DNA from: an uncultured Nitrosomonas sp.
GTDB taxonomy: Bacteria; Pseudomonadota; Gammaproteobacteria; Burkholderiales; Nitrosomonadaceae
NCBI GenBank assembly: GCA_964464365.1
Contig: CAYXFV010000003.1
Coordinates: 4,477-68,476 of the forward strand
Length of the DNA stretch: 64,000 nucleotides
Direction of reading: 5' to 3'
Part shown: positions 34,356-45,633 of the stretch, one piece after another
Numbering within the stretch: position 1 is the stretch's first letter
How the letters are laid out: the number at the start of each line of letters is the position of its first letter
The notes under the pieces: model-generated
Told to the model about the DNA's origin: nothing
What the model saw: only the letters and a program-made list of their open reading frames with translations
Databases searched by the model: none
Program-made: the position numbers and the translations under genes

Positions 34356-37300
34356 TCAGCGCAGACTCCGCGCCAGCAGGCCGGTGTTGCCGCCGAATGC
34401 GGTCACATTGTCGGTAACGGTTTGTTCCACGGCAAAACGGCGCAGATAATCCGGGCCGCCCGCTTTGGGGCCGGTGCCGGACAGCCCCATGCCGCCAAAC
34501 GGTTGCACGCCGACCACGGCGCCGATCATGTTACGGTTGATATAGATATTGCCGACCCGGGCGTGTTGCCGGATGGTTTCGATGGTGCTCTGGATACGGC
34601 TGTGTATGCCCAGCGTTAATCCGTAACCGCTGGCGTTGACAGCCTGGATAACGGCGTTCAGCTCATCGGAAGCATAGCGGACGAGGTGCAGTACCGGTCC
34701 AAAAACCTCTTCGCGCAGTTGCCGCATATCATCCAGTACGATCAGCGTTGGTGGATAAAAATAGCCGGTCTGGAAATGGAGTGTGCCGGAAAGCAGGGGG
34801 AGTTGATAGATTGTATTGCCTAAAGCGCGCATATGGTTGACATGGTTTTTAAGTTGCGCCACTGCGGATGCACTGATGACAGGCCCGATATCGACGGCGT
34901 AGTCGGTGGGCGAGCCAAGCCGCAGTTGCTGCATCGCGCCGATCAGCAATGTCTTGATCTGATCCGCGATTGCATGTGGCACGAATAATACCCGCAATGC
35001 CGAACAGCGTTGTCCGGCACTGTTGAATGCCGATAACACGGTATCCTGCACTAATTGCTCTTTGTGCGCCGAACTGTCGGCGATCAGCGCATTCTGGCCG
35101 CCGGTTTCCGCGATGAACGGGACTATAACCGGGTGACTGGCCAATTCCCGGTTGATCCATTGTGCGGTAGCGGTGGAGCCGGTAAAAGCGACACCGGCAA
35201 TACGATGGTCTCCGAGCAGGTGGGGGCCGATTTCAGAGCCTTTGCCGGGCAGGAAGTGCAAGACCGATTCCGGAATGCCAGCCTGATAGAAAATGCGCGC
35301 GCAGGCCATGGCGGTCAGTGCGGTGCGCTCGGCGGGTTTGGCGATAACTGTATTGCCGGCAACCAGCGCCGCAGCGATCTGGCCGCTAAATATCGCGATT
35401 GGAAAATTCCAGGGGCTGATGCACACAAAAACGCCCCGTCCGGAATAATGCAGCTGATTGATTTCTCCGGTCGGGCCTGGCAGATAGATCGGTTTGCTGA
35501 ACAATTCCAATGCGTTCGCTGCATAATAGCGGCAAAAATCCACCGCTTCGCGCACTTCGTTCAGCGCATCCCTGATTGTGCGCCCGCCTTCCCGCACGCA
35601 CAGCGATACCAGCGTCATGCGTTGTTGCTCCATGAGATCGGCGGCTTTCAGCAGACAGGCCGCGCGGTGTTCAACGGGCTGCAAACGCCAGTCCTCAAAA
35701 CCGGCGACGGCGGCATCCAGTGCATCGGCAGCCGTTTCCGGGTTGCCGTAGACTACTTCGCCAATGATTTCCTGATGATCGTAGGGTGCGGTAATCGTCT
35801 GCGCCTGGCCTGTGTACACCTTGCCGTTAATCCGGGGAGCAGCCTGGTGATGGCTGTCCGCAAGCCGATCCCAATCCTGCTGAATCTGTTGCCGGATCTG
35901 TGGATCAGCCAGATTCAGTCCCTGCGCATTACGGCGTTGAGCACCATAAATCGCGGCAGGTAACGGCAATCCGCTCTGCGGGCCATTCAGCCAGACAATA
36001 ACCGGATCGCGCACCGCGTCATCAATGGCGATATCCGGATTTTCCGCCTGATGGATAAAAGACGTATTGGCGCCGTTTTCCAGCAAACGCCGCACCAGAT
36101 AGGGGAGCAGATCCTGATATCCGCCAACGGGTGCATAGATGCGGCAGGGAATGGATTGGCCGGTATGGATTTCAACGGTCTGATACAGCGCATCGCCCAT
36201 GCCGTGCAGGCGCTGAAATTCATAACCGGGATGGTTGCGTGCCATCTGCATAATGGCGGCAACAGTATGTGCGTTATGTGTGGCGAATTGCGGAAAAAAA
36301 TAATCCGGTGCATCGATCAGCAATTGCGCACAGGCCAGGTAGCTGATATCGGTTGCCGATTTGCGTGTAAATACGGGATAGCCGTCAAGGCCGTTTTCCT
36401 GTGCGCGCTTGATTTCGCTGTCCCAGTACGCGCCTTTGACCAGTCTGACGGGTATTCTGCGGTTTTTGCATTTTGCCAGTTCCGCAAGCCAGTGGATGAC
36501 ATGAACGGCGCTTTTCTGATAGGCCTGCACGGCCAGCCCTAATCCCGGCCAGCCGTCCAGTTGCGGATGCCTGGAAACCGCTGCGAAAATATCCAATGCC
36601 ATTTCCAGACGTTCGCTTTCTTCGGCGTCGACAGTCAGCGCAATACCCGCGCTGCGTGCCTGAATGGCAAGCTGCGACAGTCTGACTGTCAGTTCGGGAA
36701 CGGCATATCTGTGCTGCAGCGGCTCATAGCGTGGATAAAGCGCGGAAAGCTTGACGGAAATACTCGGCCTTGCGTAGAGGGCGTGATGGTTTTCATCGCC
36801 GGATGCCCGGTGTGTTGCCGCCAATTGTGTGATCGTTTGCTGATACGCCGCTAAAAAACGATCGGCATCCGCTGCCGTAAGCGCGGCCTCTCCCAGCATA
36901 TCGAATGAATGGCGCGTGCCATACGTGGTATTTCCGGCCGTATCGGTGGTGTCGGCGGATTTATGTATGGCCTGGTCGATGGTTTCCGCAAACACAAATT
37001 GTGTGCCAAGAATATGCATCGCCTTTTTAAGGGCGATGCGTATGACGGGTTGCCCCAGACGCACCAGCAGTTTTTCGATGATGGTATGAAATTGCGGATG
37101 CCGGTCTGCCTGTGCCTGTAACCGGTGCCGCTCCAGCGATCCGGATAGAACCAGCGCATCGGTTGCCAGGCGGGTCAATAAATCGTCATGATGAAAGCGC
37201 GGATGCCAGTCCGCTGCGCTCAAGCGGTCGGCCAGAAAATGGTCCTGTGTGGCCTTGTCCGGAATGCGTAACAAGGCTTCGGCAATATTCATCAGCGCGA

Positions 37301-37565
37301 TGCCTTCAACGCTGCTGAGTTGATATTCTGTCAGAAATGCCTGTGTGATCGATTGCCGGACGCCGGGCTGCGTTTTCCGGTTAGTTTTGTGGCGTATTTT
37401 TTCCAGCAGTTCCTGTGCATGCATGGTTGCTGTATCCGCTGTGTCGGCTGAATAGCCGGTCAACTGCGTCAGCAGATGTTGCACTGCCAGTGCTTCGTCG
37501 GCGCGGTAAGCTTGGTTGATCGAGCAGCGGGCGGTTTTGAGCGTATCTGAATCCATAGGAATCAC
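34356..37565 (-). CDS. putA: Bifunctional proline dehydrogenase / P5C dehydrogenase (no N-terminal RHH domain)
   Basis: [84 protein letters not shown]. Confidence 0.95.
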   Translation of the reverse strand: MIPMDSDTLKTARCSINQAYRADEALAVQHLLTQLTGYSADTADTATMHAQELLEKIRHKTNRKTQPGVRQSITQAFLTEYQLSSVEGIALMNIAEALLRIPDKATQDHFLADRLSAADWHPRFHHDDLLTRLATDALVLSGSLERHRLQAQADRHPQFHTIIEKLLVRLGQPVIRIALKKAMHILGTQFVFAETIDQAIHKSADTTDTAGNTTYGTRHSFDMLGEAALTAADADRFLAAYQQTITQLAATHRASGDENHHALYARPSISVKLSALYPRYEPLQHRYAVPELTVRLSQLAIQARSAGIALTVDAEESERLEMALDIFAAVSRHPQLDGWPGLGLAVQAYQKSAVHVIHWLAELAKCKNRRIPVRLVKGAYWDSEIKRAQENGLDGYPVFTRKSATDISYLACAQLLIDAPDYFFPQFATHNAHTVAAIMQMARNHPGYEFQRLHGMGDALYQTVEIHTGQSIPCRIYAPVGGYQDLLPYLVRRLLENGANTSFIHQAENPDIAIDDAVRDPVIVWLNGPQSGLPLPAAIYGAQRRNAQGLNLADPQIRQQIQQDWDRLADSHHQAAPRINGKVYTGQAQTITAPYDHQEIIGEVVYGNPETAADALDAAVAGFEDWRLQPVEHRAACLLKAADLMEQQRMTLVSLCVREGGRTIRDALNEVREAVDFCRYYAANALELFSKPIYLPGPTGEINQLHYSGRGVFVCISPWNFPIAIFSGQIAAALVAGNTVIAKPAERTALTAMACARIFYQAGIPESVLHFLPGKGSEIGPHLLGDHRIAGVAFTGSTATAQWINRELASHPVIVPFIAETGGQNALIADSSAHKEQLVQDTVLSAFNSAGQRCSALRVLFVPHAIADQIKTLLIGAMQQLRLGSPTDYAVDIGPVISASAVAQLKNHVNHMRALGNTIYQLPLLSGTLHFQTGYFYPPTLIVLDDMRQLREEVFGPVLHLVRYASDELNAVIQAVNASGYGLTLGIHSRIQSTIETIRQHARVGNIYINRNMIGAVVGVQPFGGMGLSGTGPKAGGPDYLRRFAVEQTVTDNVTAFGGNTGLLARSLR

Positions 37566-37758
37566 CGGGTATTGCGTGGACGATGAATGGATTGTCCATG
37601 ATTTTGAGATTCAGTCAAATCGGCGTTATCCAAGGGTATCCGGCGGAAAGTTATGGCTTGTGTCATGCGGTATTACAGACTAAACTTGCTACGAAAAACA
37701 GGTTCTGGCACGCCAGTCCAGTTTCAGCTCGGAAATTTATCACTTTAGGGTCTTACGC

Positions 37759-38148
37759 ATGGAAGCGAAGTTAAAACATCAACGCCCCAAGCACCTGGAT
37801 CTCTTTAAGATCACCCAGCCATTACCGGCGATTGTATCTATTATGCACCGCATCAGTGGTGTGCTGCTTTTTTTTCCAGGCATTCCTTTATTGTTGTATG
37901 GATTGCATATGCTGCTGCAATCGCCGGAAAGCTTTGCCGTCGTGCAGGCGGCTGTGCAGCATCCGGGCCTGAAACTGCTGCTGGTGATATTTATCTGGTT
38001 CTGTCTGCATCATCTGTGCGCGGGTATCCGTTATCTGGCGCTGGATCTGCATTACGGAATCGAACTCGATCAGGCACGCGCCACCAGCAAGTGGGTGCTG
38101 GCGATCAGTATGTTGTTGACCCTGTTGGTGGGGGGGGCGTTATGGTAA
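37759..38148 (+). CDS. sdhC: Succinate dehydrogenase cytochrome b556 subunit
   Basis: RPKHLDL, SIMHRISG, HHLCAGIRYL. Confidence 0.93.
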   Translation: MEAKLKHQRPKHLDLFKITQPLPAIVSIMHRISGVLLFFPGIPLLLYGLHMLLQSPESFAVVQAAVQHPGLKLLLVIFIWFCLHHLCAGIRYLALDLHYGIELDQARATSKWVLAISMLLTLLVGGALW

Positions 38149-38495
38149 AACAAGCGAGCCGCATTGTAACGGGTGCGCACTATGGGCTGCGGGACTGGCT
38201 GGCGCAGCGGGTCACGGCGGTCTTTATGGCGGTCTATATTGTGGTGCTGGCAGTGATGATCGGCATGGATATGCCGAAGGATCATGCGGCATGGTCAGGC
38301 ATGTTCAAACATTCGTGGATGCGTATCGCAACGTTTCTGTTTCTTGCGGCGCTGTTCTGGCATGCGTGGATAGGCGTGCGCAATGTGCTGATGGACTATA
38401 TCAAGCCGACGGCAGTGCGTCTGACATTACAGATTCTGGTGATTATTGCGCTGCTGGCTTACCTGGTATGGGCGGCAGAAATTTTGTGGAGCTGA
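38142..38495 (+). CDS. sdhD: Succinate dehydrogenase membrane anchor
   Basis: [34 protein letters not shown] at 38142 overlaps the sdhC end. Confidence 0.93.
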   Translation: MVKQASRIVTGAHYGLRDWLAQRVTAVFMAVYIVVLAVMIGMDMPKDHAAWSGMFKHSWMRIATFLFLAALFWHAWIGVRNVLMDYIKPTAVRLTLQILVIIALLAYLVWAAEILWS

Positions 38496-38496
38496 T

Positions 38497-40260
38497 GTGG
38501 CAATCGTAAAAAGAAAATTCGATGTGGTGATCGTTGGTGCTGGCGGAGCTGGCATGCGTGCGGCATTGCGGTTATCCGAAGCCGGGCTCAAAGTGGCGGT
38601 GCTGTCCAAGGTTTTCCCCACGCGGTCGCATACGGTTTCAGCGCAGGGGGGTATCGCGGCGTCGCTGGGTAATGTGACTGAAGATCACTGGCACTGGCAC
38701 ATGTACGATACGGTAAAAGGTTCCGATTATCTCGGCGATCAGGATGCCATCGAGTTTATGTGCCGTCAGGCGAATGAAGTGGTGTATGAACTGGAACATT
38801 TCGGCATGCCGTTCGACCGGCTGGAAAACGGCAAGATTTATCAGCGTCCGTTTGGCGGTCAATCGCAGAATTTTGGCGGTGCGCAGGCGACGCGCTCGTG
38901 TGCGGCGGCTGACCGCACCGGTCATGCGTTGCTGCATACGCTTTATCAGCGTAATGTCAGCGCCAACACCCAGTTTTTTGTGGAATGGATGGGGCTGGAT
39001 CTGATTCGTGATGAACAGGGCGATGTGCTCGGCGTGACGGCGATGGAAATGGAAACCGGCGAAGTCATGCTGTTGCAGGCCAAAGCCACGTTGTTTGCAA
39101 CGGGCGGCGGCGGGCGTATTTTTCAGGCGAGCACCAATGCGTTGATCAATACCGGCGATGGGCTGGGCATGGCCGCGCGCGCCGGAATTCCGCTCGAAGA
39201 CATGGAATTCTGGCAGTTTCATCCGACCGGCGTTCATGGGGTCGGCGTGCTGATCAGTGAGGCGGTGCGCGGCGAAGGGGGTTATCTCGTCAACAAGGAC
39301 GGCGAGCGTTTCATGGAACGTTATGCGCCCAACGCCAAGGATCTGGCCAGCCGCGATGTGGTGGCGCGCGCGATGACCATTGAGATCAAAGAAGGCCGCG
39401 GTTGCGGCGACGAGCATGATCATTTGCTGTTAAAACTGGATCATCTGGGTGCGGAGATCATTAAATCACGATTGCCGGGAATCCGTGAGCTGTCAATCAA
39501 ATTTGCGCATGCCGACCCGATCCACGATCCGATACCTGTCGTGCCCACAGCGCACTATATGATGGGCGGAATACCGACCAATTACTATGGCCAGGTTGTC
39601 GCACCCTATAAAACGGGGCCGGAGGAAGTGGTGGCAGGATTTTATGCCGTAGGTGAGTGCGCCTGTGTTTCTGTGCATGGCGCCAACCGGCTGGGTACGA
39701 ATTCGCTGCTGGATATAGTGGTTTTTGGGCGGGCGGCGGCGAACCAGATTATCGAGGATTTGAAAATCAACCCGCACCACAAGCCATTGCCCGCTGATGC
39801 AGCGGATAAATCGCTGAGCCGGCTTGCGCGTCTGGAAAATCAGACGGGCGGCGAGAATGTCGCGCAGGTCTCCGATGCATTGTGTAAAACCATGCAGACT
39901 TATTGCGGTGTTTTCCGCTTTGAAGATACGTTGCTGCGGGGTGTGGAAAAAATCAAGGCAGTGGCTGAACGGGTGGGCCGGACTGAAATCAAGGATAAAA
40001 GCAGGGTGTTCAATACGGCGCGTATCGAGGCGCTGGAACTTGATAATATGAAGGAAGTCGCGGTCGCCACGATGATTTCAGCCGAAGCGCGGCGTGAAAG
40101 CCGCGGCGCGCATGCACGCGACGATTTTCCTGAGCGTGATGACGACAACTGGCTCAGGCACACATTGTTTTTCAGTGACGGTCATCGTCTGGATTACAAA
40201 CCTGTGCGCCTGAAACCACTGACGGTAGACTCGTTTCCGCCTAAAAAGCGCACCTATTAG
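38497..40260 (+). CDS. sdhA: Succinate dehydrogenase flavoprotein
   Basis: GTG start at 38497 ([19 protein letters not shown]); [10 protein letters not shown] (covalent-FAD His), [33 protein letters not shown]. Confidence 0.96.
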   Translation: MAIVKRKFDVVIVGAGGAGMRAALRLSEAGLKVAVLSKVFPTRSHTVSAQGGIAASLGNVTEDHWHWHMYDTVKGSDYLGDQDAIEFMCRQANEVVYELEHFGMPFDRLENGKIYQRPFGGQSQNFGGAQATRSCAAADRTGHALLHTLYQRNVSANTQFFVEWMGLDLIRDEQGDVLGVTAMEMETGEVMLLQAKATLFATGGGGRIFQASTNALINTGDGLGMAARAGIPLEDMEFWQFHPTGVHGVGVLISEAVRGEGGYLVNKDGERFMERYAPNAKDLASRDVVARAMTIEIKEGRGCGDEHDHLLLKLDHLGAEIIKSRLPGIRELSIKFAHADPIHDPIPVVPTAHYMMGGIPTNYYGQVVAPYKTGPEEVVAGFYAVGECACVSVHGANRLGTNSLLDIVVFGRAAANQIIEDLKINPHHKPLPADAADKSLSRLARLENQTGGENVAQVSDALCKTMQTYCGVFRFEDTLLRGVEKIKAVAERVGRTEIKDKSRVFNTARIEALELDNMKEVAVATMISAEARRESRGAHARDDFPERDDDNWLRHTLFFSDGHRLDYKPVRLKPLTVDSFPPKKRTY

Positions 40261-40342
40261 TGAATGCGTGGATGAATCATCAGGTGCGCTGCCGTAACCG
40301 GATTGCGGGCATGTTTTTGATCTGACAGGGAATGCTTGGCTT

Positions 40343-41029
40343 ATGATAAGAAACAATCTTTCGATACTGCAATGGTTCATCGCTGTTTGTGCTGTACTGC
40401 CCTCGCTGGTTTGCGCGGATCAGCGTTATGTCACCGATCAATTCGAAGTCATGTTGCGCACCGGGCCCAGCGGCAATCACGCGATTTTGCGCATGCTGAA
40501 CAGCGGTACCGCGTTAACCGTACTGGATCCGGCAGTCGATAATGGTTACGTGCGCGCTAAAACCAATGCCGGTACGGAAGGCTGGGTACTGGTCCGTTAT
40601 CTGATACGCGAACCCGTGGCGCGCGTGCAACTGGAGAATCTGGTGAAGCAGGTTATCCAGACTGAACCGAAGGACACGAACATACGCGGCCAGGTGAATG
40701 CGGTGAAAGCCGAGTATGACAATGCCAATAAACGTATCGCGCATCTTGAAGCTGAGAAGAAAGAACTGAAAAATCAGCTTGATGTGATCAAGAGCAAAGC
40801 AGCGAATGTATTGGCAATCGATACTGAGAATAAACAACTGCAACAGAAGCTGACCGAAGCAAGAGCACAGCTCAAGACGTTGCAGGAGAAATACAGCGAA
40901 TTAAGCAACACGAATGAAAAAGACTGGTTTATTACCGGCGCACTGGTGCTGGCGGGCGGATTGTTGCTGGGTTTGATTATTCCTAAAATCAGCTGGCGCA
41001 GACAACGTTCGCCGTATGGCAGTTTCTGA
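40343..41029 (+). CDS. SH3-domain coiled-coil membrane-anchored protein (TIGR04211/YgiM-like)
   Basis: Signal peptide, YVTDQFEVMLRTGPS, GTEGW, coiled coil, WFITGALVLAGGLLLGLIIP TM. Confidence 0.88.
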   Translation: MIRNNLSILQWFIAVCAVLPSLVCADQRYVTDQFEVMLRTGPSGNHAILRMLNSGTALTVLDPAVDNGYVRAKTNAGTEGWVLVRYLIREPVARVQLENLVKQVIQTEPKDTNIRGQVNAVKAEYDNANKRIAHLEAEKKELKNQLDVIKSKAANVLAIDTENKQLQQKLTEARAQLKTLQEKYSELSNTNEKDWFITGALVLAGGLLLGLIIPKISWRRQRSPYGSF

Positions 41030-41039
41030 GAACCGGTTT

Positions 41040-41161
41040 AAGATCTCACTAAAGGGCGCATTGCGGCGTTAAAATCGAACTCAAAATGCTCACATACTTT
41101 ATCGTATGCTTCGCTTTTTTGTTCAATTCTGCCTTGCACTGCACTCCTTGATTGAGATCTT
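41040..41161. repeat. 122-bp palindromic MITE/REP-like element, copy 2
   Basis: Terminal IR aagatctca...tgagatctt. Core gggcgcattgcggcgttaaaatcgaactcaaaat...gttcaatt.tgccttgcactg shared with 15586-15707. Lies between convergent genes. Confidence 0.85.
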
Positions 41162-41184
41162 GCGTAGCAGGGAGAGGGCGGCCA

Positions 41185-42039
41185 TCAGCGCAGGATGATC
41201 AGCGCGCTGGGGTGCTGAATGGATATCGTGAATTGCTTGTTTCTGCGAGATACCCATCCGCGAATTTCAAGATTCCTGTTCAGATACTTTTCCATCTCGG
41301 GGAAAAGATTCAAATGATCATTGGCGATGCGGACGCTGACCTGATCGTTAAGAACCAGGTAGGTGAAGCTGCGTTTTTGCTGAATATGCTTCGGGATCCC
41401 GGTAAAACGCTGCCAGCCGCGCGCGCCGGATGCAATCTGATTCAGTGCGCGTACCGGGTAACCGGCGTCGTTCCAGATCCCCAACTTTTGTTTTTCGGCT
41501 TGTTGCTGCACACGGCTGAAGGCATCGGCATAGCGCAGATTGGGTGGCACAATGCTCATGAACGCCAGCCCCTGTTTGAGTAATTCCAGATTGAGATGCG
41601 TGCCGTCCGGTAAAAACACATGGGCGAGTTCACGGTTGTATTTATCTTTTTTTTCCTGGTCGTATTCCAGGTAGACCTGTTGATGCTTAACCCGGTTCTG
41701 TAACCATTCCTTGGCCGCCACGCCGCCGGGTTCGCCCGGTCGGTGACGGCTTTCAATCTCGGGTGTGTTGACGCCCAGCAGCCGGACACGCTGACCGTTT
41801 CCCAGAATGAGGGTATCGCCGTCATAAACACTTTTGACCGGATACAGGCGCCGGTATGTCTGGACAGGTATCGTTGTCTGCTGGATATTTTTGGCGTTTC
41901 CGGGCGCTTTATCGGTATAGAGTACCCGGCCGGATTCGTCGACGATGCGGTAAATTTCCGAGCCGGAAACGGGGCGCGCGACCAGCTGGCAACACACAAC
42001 CATGAGTACGTAATAAAGTGTCTTTACAGGATTACTCAT
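41185..42039 (-). CDS. Exported thermonuclease (SNase-like) with N-terminal DUF4124-like domain
   Basis: IYRIVDESGRVLYTDK; VYDGDTL..GNGQRVRLLGVNTPE; DKYNRELAHV; AEKQKLGIW. Confidence 0.88.
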   Translation of the reverse strand: MSNPVKTLYYVLMVVCCQLVARPVSGSEIYRIVDESGRVLYTDKAPGNAKNIQQTTIPVQTYRRLYPVKSVYDGDTLILGNGQRVRLLGVNTPEIESRHRPGEPGGVAAKEWLQNRVKHQQVYLEYDQEKKDKYNRELAHVFLPDGTHLNLELLKQGLAFMSIVPPNLRYADAFSRVQQQAEKQKLGIWNDAGYPVRALNQIASGARGWQRFTGIPKHIQQKRSFTYLVLNDQVSVRIANDHLNLFPEMEKYLNRNLEIRGWVSRRNKQFTISIQHPSALIILR

Positions 42040-42378
42040 GTGTTTGTCAGTCCTTTCAGGCTTGTCATGCGATTGTCTGTATTCAGCGCGGCCTTGCGTG
42101 AAAAAATAAGCATATAACGTATCCCTGTGAAATAAAATTATTGCATGGCGGGATTAAATATCTACGGTGATCGTAAACGGTGCTTTAGGTTTTAATGGAA
42201 AAAATGCCGTACAGTCGTGCCGGGCCAGCGGGTTTTTAGCATTGAATGGCAGTCGGCAGCATCATCGATACCGTGTTTAAGCTTGTTTCGACTGATGAAG
42301 CTGCATACGCGATCCCAAATTGTATTAAAATCATAGGCCAAAAATATCCATATTCTCCGACAATGAGCGATTGGCACT

Positions 42379-43191
42379 ATGACATCTGAAACCTTGGTTG
42401 AGATCAGCGATCTGAATTTTTCCTATGACGCGCGACCCATTCTGAAAGGTATCAACATGACCATGAAGCGCGGTCAGTTGATTGCCATTATGGGCGGCAG
42501 CGGATCGGGAAAAACGACGCTGCTGAGACTGATTGGTGGTGAAGTCATGCCGACATCCGGTTATGCCAAGGTTTCCGGTCAGATTGTCCATGAACTCGAT
42601 CGTGACGCGCTTTTTGAGATACGTCGCAAAATGGGCATGTTGTTTCAGTTTGGCGCCTTGTTTACTGACCTGTCCGTTTTTGACAATGTTGCTTTTCAAA
42701 TGCGCGAGCACACCGATTTGCCGGAATCCATGATCCGCGATCTGGTGCTCATGAAACTGCATGCCGTGGGACTGCGCGGCGCGCATCATCTGATGCCGGC
42801 TGAATTATCCGGCGGCATGGCGCGCCGTGTGGCGCTGGCGCGTTCCATTGCGCTTGATCCCATGCTGATGATGTATGACGAGCCATTCACCGGGCTTGAC
42901 CCGATATCGTTGAGTGTCATTGGCAGCCTGATCCGGCGCATGACTGACACGCTGGGGATGACGTCGGTCATTGTCACGCATGATGTGCAGGAATCGTTAA
43001 AAATCGTTGATTACGTTTACTTTATCGCGGACGGTGTTATCGCCGCGCACGGCACACCGGCGGAAGTCAGGGATTCCGTAGCGCCGTTTGTTCATCAATT
43101 TGTACACGGCGAAGTCGATGGCCCTGTGCCTTTTCATTATCCTGCGCAATCCTATCGCCGGGATTTAAATCTGGAGAAAGTACTTGTTTAA
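42379..43191 (+). CDS. mlaF: Mla phospholipid ABC transporter ATPase
   Basis: GGSGSGKT, ELSGGMARRVALAR, MYDEPFTGLDP. Confidence 0.93.
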   Translation: MTSETLVEISDLNFSYDARPILKGINMTMKRGQLIAIMGGSGSGKTTLLRLIGGEVMPTSGYAKVSGQIVHELDRDALFEIRRKMGMLFQFGALFTDLSVFDNVAFQMREHTDLPESMIRDLVLMKLHAVGLRGAHHLMPAELSGGMARRVALARSIALDPMLMMYDEPFTGLDPISLSVIGSLIRRMTDTLGMTSVIVTHDVQESLKIVDYVYFIADGVIAAHGTPAEVRDSVAPFVHQFVHGEVDGPVPFHYPAQSYRRDLNLEKVLV

Positions 43192-43978
43192 ACATCTTGC
43201 CGCCAGTATTCGCGGTGTCGGTCACCGCACGACCGAAGGCATCTGGCAGCTAGGGCATGCCACGCGATTTTTTCTGCTGGTGCTGCTAAAATCCGGAACC
43301 AGTTTCCGGCGCTTTGGCCTGGTCATCCGCGAACTTTACTATGTCGGCGTTTTGTCGCTCATTATCATTGTGGTGTCGGGGCTTTTTGTCGGTATGGTGC
43401 TGGGATTACAGGGTTATGAAACGCTACAGAAATACGGCTCTGAATCGGCTGTCGGAACGCTGGTTGCCTTGTCGCTGGTGCGCGAACTCGGGCCGGTGGT
43501 TGCCGCGCTGCTGTTTGCCAGCCGTGCGGGTTCGGCGATTACCGCCGAGATCGGCCTGATGAAAGCGACTGAACAATTGGCTGCGATGGGCATGATGGCC
43601 GTCGATCCGGTTGCGCGCGTCGTGGCGCCGCGTTTCTGGGCGGGGGTGATTTCCATGCCGTTTCTGGCGGCGATTTTTTCGGTAATGGGCGTGTTCGGCG
43701 GTTATCTCGTTGCCGTCGTCTTTATCGGTGTGGATGCCGGTTCATTCTGGTCACAGATGCAAAGTAACGTTGATTTCAGAATTGACATACTTAACGGTTT
43801 TATTAAAAGTTGTTTTTTTGGCGTGGCGGTAACTGCTATCGCCGTGTTTGAGGGATATAACTCACCACCGACAGCTGAAGGTGTATCCGGTGCGACAACG
43901 CGCACTGTGGTGACCTCTTCGCTGGCGATACTGGGGCTTGATTTTATCCTGACGGCTTTTATGTTTAGAGGAATATAA
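43184..43978 (+). CDS. mlaE: Mla permease
   Basis: LVRELGPVVAALLFASRAGSAITAEIG, GVSGATTRTVV. Confidence 0.93.
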   Translation: MFKHLAASIRGVGHRTTEGIWQLGHATRFFLLVLLKSGTSFRRFGLVIRELYYVGVLSLIIIVVSGLFVGMVLGLQGYETLQKYGSESAVGTLVALSLVRELGPVVAALLFASRAGSAITAEIGLMKATEQLAAMGMMAVDPVARVVAPRFWAGVISMPFLAAIFSVMGVFGGYLVAVVFIGVDAGSFWSQMQSNVDFRIDILNGFIKSCFFGVAVTAIAVFEGYNSPPTAEGVSGATTRTVVTSSLAILGLDFILTAFMFRGI

Positions 43979-43982
43979 CGTG

Positions 43983-44450
43983 ATGCAACGCAGGACACTG
44001 GATTTCTGGGTAGGCTTATTTGTAATGGCCGGCATTGCCGCATTGATGTTTTTGAGTCTGAGAGTAGGCAATCTGAATACGTATGGCGTCACTGAGAGCT
44101 ATGTCATTAAAGGTAATTTTGACAATATCGGCGGCCTCAAGGTCAGAGCGCCGGTTAAAGGCTCGGGAGTCGTGGTGGGTCGCGTCGCCGATATTCAATT
44201 CAGCACACGGACGTATGATGCGATTGTGACGATGAATATTGACAGCCGCTATCAATTTCCCAGGGACACGTTTGCCAGTATATTGACAGCCGGTTTACTG
44301 GGGGAACAATATATCGGACTCGCTGCGGGTGGCGATGAAGTGATGCTCAAGGAAGGTGATACAATAATGAAGACCAATTCCGCCATGGTGCTGGAAGAAA
44401 TGATCGGGCGTTTTTTGTTTGATAAAGCATCGGAAGATAACGACTTTTAG
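43983..44450 (+). CDS. mlaD: Mla MCE-domain protein
   Basis: FDNIGGLKVRAPV..SGVVVGRV, ILTAGLLGEQYIGL. Confidence 0.93.
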   Translation: MQRRTLDFWVGLFVMAGIAALMFLSLRVGNLNTYGVTESYVIKGNFDNIGGLKVRAPVKGSGVVVGRVADIQFSTRTYDAIVTMNIDSRYQFPRDTFASILTAGLLGEQYIGLAAGGDEVMLKEGDTIMKTNSAMVLEEMIGRFLFDKASEDNDF

Positions 44451-44610
44451 TAGACAGGGCTATCTCGAAAAACTGTAGCGGGCAGCCAGATGACTGAATG
44501 CACAGCACGCAGATACGAAACCTGTCAGGTAGATATAGATGAAGTGCCCGATCAACTGTTTTTTAATTCAATAAGCTTATTCAATCTCTGCATGAAGAAG
44601 TGAGGAAACA

Positions 44611-45228
44611 ATGAAAAGATGTGCGTATGTAATAACTTTCTGGGTTGCTTTGATATTTGTATTTCCGGTCTGGGCGATGGCAATGGCGCCCGACCGGCTG
44701 GTCGACAGAACTGTTCGTGAAGTGCTCGATATTATCGAGCAGGATGAAAAACTCAGGAATGGCGACAAGGAGAAGATGCTCAATCTGATCGAGGTCAAGA
44801 TTCTGCCGCATTTCAACTTTAACCGCATGACGCGGCTGGCGATGGGTAGACACTGGTCTGAAGCGACGCCTGAACAGCAGCAGACGATTGTTAACCAATT
44901 CAGAACACTGCTGGTCAGAACCTACTCGAATGCGTTGACAACTTATCGTGATGAAACCGTGAGGGTCAACCCGATTGCAAATCTCGGTGACAGCATGGAT
45001 ACGACAGTCCGGACTATCGTCATTCAGCGGCAGGGCAGAGAGCCTGTTCCGATTGATTACAGCATGGAAAAAAGCCCGAACGGCTGGAAAATCTATGACG
45101 TGACGGTTGCCGGTGTCAGCCTGGTGACGAATTACCGGGGTTCGTTCAGCAGCCAGATCCGCAGGGGCGGCGTTGATGGATTGATAAAAACCCTGGCCGA
45201 TAAGAACCGCTCTCTGGAAGGTAAATAG
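44611..45228 (+). CDS. mlaC: Mla periplasmic shuttle (Ttg2D/MlaC)
   Basis: Signal peptide; PHFNFNRMTRLAMGRHW, WKIYDVTVAGVSLVTNYR. Confidence 0.92.
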   Translation: MKRCAYVITFWVALIFVFPVWAMAMAPDRLVDRTVREVLDIIEQDEKLRNGDKEKMLNLIEVKILPHFNFNRMTRLAMGRHWSEATPEQQQTIVNQFRTLLVRTYSNALTTYRDETVRVNPIANLGDSMDTTVRTIVIQRQGREPVPIDYSMEKSPNGWKIYDVTVAGVSLVTNYRGSFSSQIRRGGVDGLIKTLADKNRSLEGK

Positions 45229-45252
45229 ATACAGTATTTTTATCGGCGAATC

Positions 45253-45594
45253 GTGACGCAGATGCAGACGCAGAGATACGGAAAAGGGGACATGATCTAC
45301 CGTAATGGTAATACGCTGATTGTGGAGGGCGGGGTGACCGTGCGCAATGTTGCCGCCCTGACGCGACAAGGTATCGAGCTGCTCGACAGCGGCACGCTGC
45401 GGGTGGATCTGCAAAAAATCACCGCGGTTGATTCGACCGCGATCAGCATGTTGTTTGAGTGGCAACGCATGGCCGACCGGGAGGGTTGTCGGCTGGAATT
45501 TATCCACTTCCCGGAAAGCCTTGCAAGCCTGATGCAACTCTATGACGTGACATCGATATTCACTGCCTCACCGGATTATTCGTCTGTACCCTGA
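45253..45594 (+). CDS. mlaB: STAS-domain protein MlaB
   Basis: VDLQKITAVDSTAISMLFEWQR; start uncertain (ATG at 45292 is an alternative). Confidence 0.85.
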   Translation: MTQMQTQRYGKGDMIYRNGNTLIVEGGVTVRNVAALTRQGIELLDSGTLRVDLQKITAVDSTAISMLFEWQRMADREGCRLEFIHFPESLASLMQLYDVTSIFTASPDYSSVP

Positions 45595-45633
45595 TCCATT
45601 GCCTGCGCTACTCTGTTTTACCCGGCTTCACTC

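Noticed and set aside
35055-35963. 302-aa plus-strand ORF inside putA
   Set aside because: Antisense shadow of a GC-rich conserved gene.
38638-39423. 261-aa minus-strand ORF inside sdhA
   Set aside because: Antisense shadow frame.
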